Both the position numbers and the translations under genes were made by a program. The notes beneath the pieces are model-generated. The model did not search any database. It saw only the letters and a list, made by a program, of their open reading frames with translations, and was not told where the DNA came from. Shown here one piece after another: positions 57,935-64,000 of a DNA stretch of 64,000 nucleotides. The stretch is from an uncultured delta proteobacterium (GTDB lineage: Bacteria > Myxococcota_A > Polyangia > Haliangiales > Haliangiaceae), in NCBI GenBank assembly GCA_963764695.1, contig CAVXTW010000015.1, forward strand, positions 285,845 through 349,844, written 5' to 3'. The stretch's first letter is position 1, and each line of letters begins with the position of its first letter.

Positions 57935-58765
57935 TTGCCGTACGAATTCGTCGCGCCCTGTTTCGCCCTCGCCGCAGCGGTCCTGTGGGGCGGCGCAGAC
58001 TTCAGTGGGGGGATGGGAGCGAGAGGCGCACATCCTGTCCTCGTCGTCGTGCTGTCACAGGTGGCGGGGCTTGCGTGCCTCTTGACTTTCGCGCTCGCGG
58101 CCGGCGAGCAGATGCCGCCCGCGCCCGCGCTTCTGTGGGGCGGCGCCGCCGGTGTGGGCGCGAGCATCGGCTATCTCTGCTTCTACCGGGCGCTGGCCAT
58201 CGGGAAGATGGGCATCAACTCGCCGATCGCGGCGATCGTGACGAGCGGACTGTCCGTCCTCTACAGCGTCGCGATCTTCGATCAAGGGCTGCCGACGACC
58301 ACGCAGCTGGTCGGCTTCGCGATCGCGCTGGTCGCGGTCTGGCTGATGACGGTGTCGAGCGGAGAGACCAGGGGCCTGGGGCTCGCCATCTGCGCCGGCC
58401 TTGCCTTCAGCGCGTACCTGACCTGCAGCAAGCAGGCCACCGGCGAGGCCGTCTACTGGCCTCTGGTCGCCGCGCGCGCCGCGGGGGTCGCCGTCCTCGC
58501 TCCGGCGCTCGTCTCCGCGCGGGTACGCGAGCGGCCGGCCAGCTGGTGGTACATCGTCGGCGCGGGTGTCCTCGATGCGGCCGCCAATGCGCTGTTCGTG
58601 TACGCCACGCGGCACGGGCGCCTCGACGTGGCCACGATCCTGTCGGCCTTCTATCCGGCGATCACGGTGCTGTGCGCCAGCGTGATCCTGCACGAGCGCG
58701 CGACCCCGCTGCAGCGCGCGGGGATCGCCTGCGCCCTGGTGGCCATCCCGCTGACTATGGCGTGA
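57935..58765 (+). CDS. EamA/DMT-family transporter (10 TM)
   Basis: 276-aa hydrophobic protein with duplicated EamA-type halves. Confidence 0.8.
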   Translation: MPYEFVAPCFALAAAVLWGGADFSGGMGARGAHPVLVVVLSQVAGLACLLTFALAAGEQMPPAPALLWGGAAGVGASIGYLCFYRALAIGKMGINSPIAAIVTSGLSVLYSVAIFDQGLPTTTQLVGFAIALVAVWLMTVSSGETRGLGLAICAGLAFSAYLTCSKQATGEAVYWPLVAARAAGVAVLAPALVSARVRERPASWWYIVGAGVLDAAANALFVYATRHGRLDVATILSAFYPAITVLCASVILHERATPLQRAGIACALVAIPLTMA

Positions 58766-59603
58766 ACTGGGTGGCGGTCGATGTGGGCTGGTCGAGGTAG
58801 GCCTCGATGACGCGCGCGATGTCCGGCCCCATGCCGAAGTTGTAGTGCGTGTAGCCCGGCACGATCGCGAGCCGTGCGCGGGAAAATCGCGGCTTGCTTT
58901 CCCAGCCGGCGTCGCGCACGCCACCCTCGAACAGCGCGAAGAACTCGGCGATGTGACGCATCGAGATCGCATCATGGTCGGCGAACAGCAGCAGCGTCGG
59001 CACGCGCAGCTTCGCGATCTCGGCGCGCCAGTCGTAGTCCTTCTTCATCAGCTCACCCATGCGGTCGAGCAGCCGGGGGAACTGATCCGGATGTGGCGCG
59101 ACGGCGGTGTAGCGCCTGTAGAACGGCGTCTCCTTCATGATCTCGGCCTGCGCCGAGCTGACGGCTTCCATGCCCTTGAGGACCTCGGGATACCAGCCCT
59201 CGCGCGCGGCGGCGGTGGAGATGACGATCAGGTTGCGCACCATCTCGGGATGCTGGATCGCCATCCGTATCGCCGCATCGCCGCCATGCGAGTAGCCGGC
59301 GACATCGGCCTTCGCGATCTTCAGGTGCCGCAGCACCGCGGCGACGTCATCGCCGTTTCTGTCGTGAGTCAGCGGGGTCGCGCGCAGCGCCGTGCGGCCG
59401 TGCCCCTCGAGGTCGATGCCGATCACCTGACGCTCGCGCGACAGCGGACCTATCGTCTGCGCCATCGAGCTGATGTCCCCCAGCCCGCCGGCCAGCACCA
59501 CGATCGGCTCACCTTTTCCGTGGATCTCGTAATAGACGCGCAGGCCCTCGGCAGCCTCGGCATGGCCCGTGTCACTCGGCTTCAGCTGTTCTTGCTTGCT
59601 CAT
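58755..59603 (-). CDS. Alpha/beta hydrolase
   Basis: Start at MSKQEQLKP. Nucleophile elbow AGYSHGGDAA. HGR oxyanion region. Confidence 0.75.
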   Translation of the reverse strand: MSKQEQLKPSDTGHAEAAEGLRVYYEIHGKGEPIVVLAGGLGDISSMAQTIGPLSRERQVIGIDLEGHGRTALRATPLTHDRNGDDVAAVLRHLKIAKADVAGYSHGGDAAIRMAIQHPEMVRNLIVISTAAAREGWYPEVLKGMEAVSSAQAEIMKETPFYRRYTAVAPHPDQFPRLLDRMGELMKKDYDWRAEIAKLRVPTLLLFADHDAISMRHIAEFFALFEGGVRDAGWESKPRFSRARLAIVPGYTHYNFGMGPDIARVIEAYLDQPTSTATQFTP

Positions 59604-59757
59604 CGGAAGAAACGAAACATCGGGGTCGCTCCTCACGCAAGCGAGATCGCGGATGGCTCCGGGATCCGCGCCCACACTTCTTCGTCACCCGATGACGCCC
59701 ATACGTCCACAACAGGAGTGATGACAGCAATGCATCTGCGGGCCGAGGAACTGCTTC

Positions 59758-60096
59758 TCACGTGGTCCGGGGGTCGAGGAAGCGAGCGAGGATGGCCGAC
59801 ATCTGCTCCCATTCCCGGGCCTCCTTCTCGACCTGCTTCCGGCCGGCTCGCGTGAGGGCGTAGAACTTCGCCCTCCGGTTGTTCTCCGACAGACCCCACT
59901 CGGAAGCGATGTATCCCTCCTGCTCGAGCTTCAGCAGGGCCGGATACAGGGTCCCGTAGTTGACCGACAGGAGATCGGCGCTCGTCCGCTCGATCTGGCG
60001 CGCGATGCCGTAGCCGTGCAACGAACCCTGGCGCTCCAGCGTCTTCAAGATCATGAGCGCCAGGGTGCCCTGCCACACGTCCGTCTTGCTGCCCAC
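59758..60096 (-). CDS. PadR-family transcriptional regulator
   Basis: 112 aa with a PadR winged-helix (LMILKTLERQGSLHGYGIARQIERTS...YPALLKLEQEGYI). Confidence 0.8.
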   Translation of the reverse strand: MGSKTDVWQGTLALMILKTLERQGSLHGYGIARQIERTSADLLSVNYGTLYPALLKLEQEGYIASEWGLSENNRRAKFYALTRAGRKQVEKEAREWEQMSAILARFLDPRTT

Positions 60097-60174
60097 GGGC
60101 GACGACGATACACACCGACCTATGGGAATGCAATAGGAGGATCGAAGGCGGGCGGCGCGTTCAGGCCGGCGTGG

Positions 60175-61446
60175 CTACTTGCACTCGTACTTGGGGAAGC
60201 CGGAGCACTTGCCCGACTTGCACTTGTGGTCGTTGCCGAATGACCCGGCCTTGCCGCACTTGGCGCCGTTGCTCAGCTTGGGGCGGCACGCGTTGATCTT
60301 CGTGTCGATCCCCTTGTCGCAGTAGCTGCTGCTCGAGCCGCAGTCGTCGTCGTCGTTGCACACGCAGACGCCCTTCACGCCGTCGATGTCGCTGCACCGG
60401 CCGGACCTGCAGGCATCGTCCATGTAGCAGGTGTCGCCGATGTTGGCCGCGTCGGGGGTGTAGCAGCGCGAGAACCGGCAGTGGCCGCTCTTGCACTGGT
60501 GGCCGCCGCCGACAAGGTCGCAGGTCTCGTTGTCGCTCTTCAGCGCGACGCAGCTGTTTCTCTTCAGATCGACGCCGGCGTTGCAGTACTCGCCCTCGTC
60601 GCAGTCGCCGTCCTTCTTGCAGGTCGGCCGGTTGACGGCGTAGGTCTCGCCGTCCTTGAGCGTCTTGCCGGGCACGCCGGCGATGACCGGGTTGCGCGCC
60701 TGCGACGGATGGTAGCCGGCCAGCTCACCGCTCGAGTCGCCGATGCCCGGCTTCCAGCCATCCGGCGGCCTGACGATCTCGAAGTGCAGGTGCGCCGGCC
60801 AGGCGCAACCGACCTTGCCCTCGTCGCCCAGGTAGCGCCCCGCCTCGACCTTGTCGCCGACGTCGAGGCCGGCCTTCCCGGTCGTCGTGTACTGCTGCAT
60901 GTGGGAGTACTTGGACCACTCGCCATTGGCGTGCTCGATCCAGACGTAGTTGTTGTTGCAGGCCCTCATGTTCCGCAGCCAGCGTAGCGGATGCTGCTGC
61001 TTCGACAGGCGGTCCTCGATGAAGCGGATCGTGCCCGGCGCGGCGGCCACGATGCGGTAGGGCCCGCCCCCGCGGCCGGACATGTCGAGCTTGCCGGGCT
61101 CGTTGTGGGTCTTGAAGTCGCGCGAGACGTGGACCCTGCTGCCGTCGGCATACGGGAACCGGTAGATGTTCACCGACAGGTCCGGGTTCACGGGCGCCGG
61201 CTGGGTGCCGCCAGTGGACGACGGGTACCTGCACCGGTTGTACGCCTCGTCGTACGCGCGCAGGCACGCGTCGCGGTCCGCCTTCGGGCCCGCCATGCAC
61301 AGGTCGTAGACCCGGCGACCGAGCGTCTCGCATTGCTCGTCCTTTGCGGCGTTGCCGGACCTGTTGCCGCGACCCGAGCCGGGACCACCGTGCGCCGGCA
61401 AGCTCATCAGCGCGACAAGTCCGACCAGAAACATTGCTGCTCTCAT
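60175..61446 (-). CDS. Secreted M23 (LytM-type) metallopeptidase with C-terminal Cys-rich repeat domain
   Basis: GGAGGAGG RBS. Signal MRAAMFLVGLVALMSLPAHG. M23 motifs (HANGEWSKYSHM, AHLHFE). About 30 Cys in the C-terminal 170 aa, in CxxGxC-type repeats. Confidence 0.8.
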   Translation of the reverse strand: MRAAMFLVGLVALMSLPAHGGPGSGRGNRSGNAAKDEQCETLGRRVYDLCMAGPKADRDACLRAYDEAYNRCRYPSSTGGTQPAPVNPDLSVNIYRFPYADGSRVHVSRDFKTHNEPGKLDMSGRGGGPYRIVAAAPGTIRFIEDRLSKQQHPLRWLRNMRACNNNYVWIEHANGEWSKYSHMQQYTTTGKAGLDVGDKVEAGRYLGDEGKVGCAWPAHLHFEIVRPPDGWKPGIGDSSGELAGYHPSQARNPVIAGVPGKTLKDGETYAVNRPTCKKDGDCDEGEYCNAGVDLKRNSCVALKSDNETCDLVGGGHQCKSGHCRFSRCYTPDAANIGDTCYMDDACRSGRCSDIDGVKGVCVCNDDDDCGSSSSYCDKGIDTKINACRPKLSNGAKCGKAGSFGNDHKCKSGKCSGFPKYECK

Positions 61447-61604
61447 CGTTCGCCTCCTCCGCCGGGTCGGAAGAGCAACGATGATGCCGGGCCGAGCGAC
61501 GGGTGCCCGCCGAGCGTTTCTGGCTTCTTGCGCGACCTGGCCGCCCCGCGGAGCGCCGCGCATGCCGAATCAGCATGCTCAGCCGGCACGACCGCTCGTT
61601 CGCT

Positions 61605-62258
61605 TCAGGAGTCGAGCGCCTCGACCAGAGCGGCAAAGGACGGATGGGTATGGTCCGGCGCGGTGGCCCGCCCGAAACCGTACGTGACGAACGCGAAGGG
61701 AATGCCGCACTGGCGCGCCGCGATCTCGTCGCCTTCCGCATCGCCGACCATCAGCGGTCGTTGCAGGCCGTTGCGGGCGACGATGGCCGCGAGGTTCTTG
61801 CCCTTCGGCTCGCCAGATCTTCCGAAGCACTCGAAGTCGTCGAAGAGATGGCCGAGACCGGAGAGGGCGAGAAAGGTCTCGATGTAGCCCGCCTGGCAGT
61901 TGCTGACGATGAAGAGCCGGTACCGCTCTTTCAGTCGGCTCAACCCCTCGACCACGCCCTCGTAGAGCGTTCCGCCCAGGCGGGCGATCGCCTCGATGTC
62001 CGCGACTGCGGTGGCGTCGATCATCGACGTCACCACGTCCTCCGGCACTCCGGTGAACGTCAGGCGAATGCACTCGTCGTGCGGCTTGCCGGTCACCTTG
62101 CGCACATCCTCGGCGGTGATGGTCCGGAACACGACGCCGTGGGCGGCCGCGACCTCGTTCCAGGCGACCGCACACGCTTCTGTGGTGTCCCAGAGGGTGC
62201 CGTCGAGGTCGAAGACGATCGCGTCGAAGTCCATCAAGGACGCGAAGCGTACCGTCAA
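61605..62258 (-). CDS. HAD-superfamily hydrolase
   Basis: FDLDGTLWDT motif I. Start may be the downstream Met (MDFDAIVFDLDG, 62234). Confidence 0.75.
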   Translation of the reverse strand: MTVRFASLMDFDAIVFDLDGTLWDTTEACAVAWNEVAAAHGVVFRTITAEDVRKVTGKPHDECIRLTFTGVPEDVVTSMIDATAVADIEAIARLGGTLYEGVVEGLSRLKERYRLFIVSNCQAGYIETFLALSGLGHLFDDFECFGRSGEPKGKNLAAIVARNGLQRPLMVGDAEGDEIAARQCGIPFAFVTYGFGRATAPDHTHPSFAALVEALDS

Positions 62259-62409
62259 CTCGCGTGGGCCGGGAGCCGGACGAGATTTCGGCGATCCAGG
62301 AGCGGGACGGGTCCCGGGGGCGCGCCGCGAGGGTGTCCAAGGGAAGGGCTGTTCGGCGGTCTGCGTGACGGATGGCGCGTGACCCCCGCCTCAGCCGAGA
62401 GGAGACGAC

Positions 62410-64000
62410 ATGAGCATTCCTGGAAGAGGAAGCCCCATCGCGATCGCCGGGGCCGCGGCCACGGCGTGCCTGGCCGTCGGCCTCGCGGCATGCGGAGTCG
62501 ATCGTTCCAGCGATGCAGACGGGGTGGCTGGCTGGAGCGCGAGCGCGGAGCTCCGGCCCGATCGCGCACGGATCGCCGGGTCGGTCTGGGACGACGCCGA
62601 CGGCGACGGACGCTTCGATCGACACGAGGAGGGACTGCGCGGCGTGCGCGTCTATCTCGACGACAACGACAACGGCCTCCTCGACGACGGCGAGCGCGCG
62701 ACCGTCACCAACACGCGCGGCCGGTATTCGTTCGGTGGACTCCCGGCGGGCACCTACAACGTCCGCCAGGAGGTCCCGTTCGGGTTGCGCAACACGACCG
62801 GCGGCGAGGGCCCGACGGTGACGCCGATCGCGGTCGAACGCTCACCCGGCGCGAGCATCATCGGCGGCGCGGTGACGACCATCGAGGAGTACCCGTTCCT
62901 GGTGGCCGTGGGTGTCCTGTTCGACGGAGAGTTCATCCAGATCTGCGGCGGCTCGCTCATCAGCGATCGCTGGGTGGTGACGGCGGCGCACTGCACGGAG
63001 GCGATCTTTCCGGAGGCCGCGGTCCTCGCCGGCACCGGCGACGTGACCGACGGGAGCGGGCAGCTGTTCGAGGTGGCCGCCACGCACATCCACCCGGACT
63101 ACGTCCTCACGCCGGAGGAGCCGACCGACGAGCCCTTCTCCGTGCTCGCCGGTTTCGATATCGCCCTGTGGGAGCTCGCGACGCCGGTCGCCCTGGCCGA
63201 GAGCGACCTGAACACGGTCGAAATGCTGCAGCCCGGCACCCGGCTGGACCGGACCGGAACCCTGGCCACCACCATCGGCTGGGGCGTGACCGAGGTCGAC
63301 ACCCGCCTCCTGCAGGAGGTCCACGCGCCGATCTTCGACCAGGACGCGTGCCACGAGGTCTACGTCGACTCCACCAACTTCGAGACCCAGATCTGCGCGG
63401 GTGTCCCGGAGGGCGGCATCAGCAGCTGCTTCGGTGACAGCGGCGGCCCGCTGCTGGTCCGCAGCCGCGACGGCGTGGAGTGGCGGCTGTCCGGCATCAC
63501 CAGCTACGCCTACGGATGCGCCGAGCCCGGCCACCCGGCAGTCTGGGCGCGCGTCTCCGCGCTGTCCGGCTGGGTCGAGGCGACCGCCCGCGAGCCGTCG
63601 CGCGTGCACCGCGTCGAGGTCCGCGCGGAATCCAGCGAGACGGCCGATTTCGGCGACCGGACCACCCTTCGACCCCGGCGCGAGCGCATCGACCCGCGCT
63701 GGCAGCTCACCAACCTGAGCACCCAGCGCGAGGGTGAGGAGCGCCTGGCGCTGAGCTGGACGATCATCGACGAGGCGCGCCGGCCGCGCCCGTACGAGTG
63801 CAGCTTCGACCTCGACGGGCCCGGCCCCCGCGCGATCGAACACCTGCCTTGCGCCGCAGGCCCCAACCACGCCGAGATCGACGGCGCGCCGGCGGGCCTC
63901 TATCTCTCCGATCTCGTCGCCGCCAGGTCGGACGCGAACGAGAGCTTCCGTCGAGACCCGATCGTCTTTGTCGGGACCCCGCCGGTGAGCTCGGCGAACG
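62410..64000 (+). CDS. Secreted lipoprotein: SdrD-B/Cna-B-like domain plus trypsin-like (S1) serine protease plus C-terminal domain; 3' end outside window
   Basis: GAGAGGAG RBS. Lipobox LAVGLAACG. S1 catalytic-triad motifs (TAAHC, DIALWEL, GDSGGP). Open to the end of the window. Confidence 0.8.
   Translation, partial: MSIPGRGSPIAIAGAAATACLAVGLAACGVDRSSDADGVAGWSASAELRPDRARIAGSVWDDADGDGRFDRHEEGLRGVRVYLDDNDNGLLDDGERATVTNTRGRYSFGGLPAGTYNVRQEVPFGLRNTTGGEGPTVTPIAVERSPGASIIGGAVTTIEEYPFLVAVGVLFDGEFIQICGGSLISDRWVVTAAHCTEAIFPEAAVLAGTGDVTDGSGQLFEVAATHIHPDYVLTPEEPTDEPFSVLAGFDIALWELATPVALAESDLNTVEMLQPGTRLDRTGTLATTIGWGVTEVDTRLLQEVHAPIFDQDACHEVYVDSTNFETQICAGVPEGGISSCFGDSGGPLLVRSRDGVEWRLSGITSYAYGCAEPGHPAVWARVSALSGWVEATAREPSRVHRVEVRAESSETADFGDRTTLRPRRERIDPRWQLTNLSTQREGEERLALSWTIIDEARRPRPYECSFDLDGPGPRAIEHLPCAAGPNHAEIDGAPAGLYLSDLVAARSDANESFRRDPIVFVGTPPVSSAN

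Overview
This is a ~70% GC, Gram-negative window, probably Myxococcota. That call rests on a CorE-like ECF sigma factor, FG-GAP lipoproteins, Ser/Thr kinases, and outer-membrane beta-barrels that end in F/W. No rRNA, tRNA or CRISPR was seen.

The first ~20 kb (1-19859, + strand) is a near-complete extracellular contractile injection system (eCIS) operon. The sheath is cut off at the window start. It is followed by a tube protein, two small ORFs and a short tape-measure-like protein in a phage P2 FII-E-E'-T-like order, a LysM tube initiator, gpD-like hub, gpV-like spike, PAAR, gp25, a gp6/J-like and a second baseplate wedge protein, three paralogous fibre-like proteins and an NHL tail protein. 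The operon ends in a 1124-aa cargo protein with an N-terminal DUF4157 HExxH domain and a C-terminal HNH-like nuclease motif. That cargo sits in a clearly lower-GC (~55%) segment.

One operon on the minus strand (25158-33253) encodes a clear homologue of the eukaryotic major vault protein, followed by four tandem paralogous outer-membrane beta-barrel proteins. I think this is the most novel system in the window.

Other content: an unannotated metallothionein-like ORF next to a CorE-like ECF sigma factor; a divergent rtcR/rtcB pair in which rtcB is broken by three frameshifts; a CheY/CheX-like/Hpt-kinase module; and a small biosynthetic operon of one NRPS module (formyltransferase-like, C-like, A, T, R domains), a YcaO protein, a class-III aminotransferase and a Rieske oxygenase.

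At least 12 single-nucleotide frame breaks fall inside otherwise intact, unrelated genes. That points to indel errors in the assembly rather than biology, so frameshifted genes are given as full-length features with the break noted.
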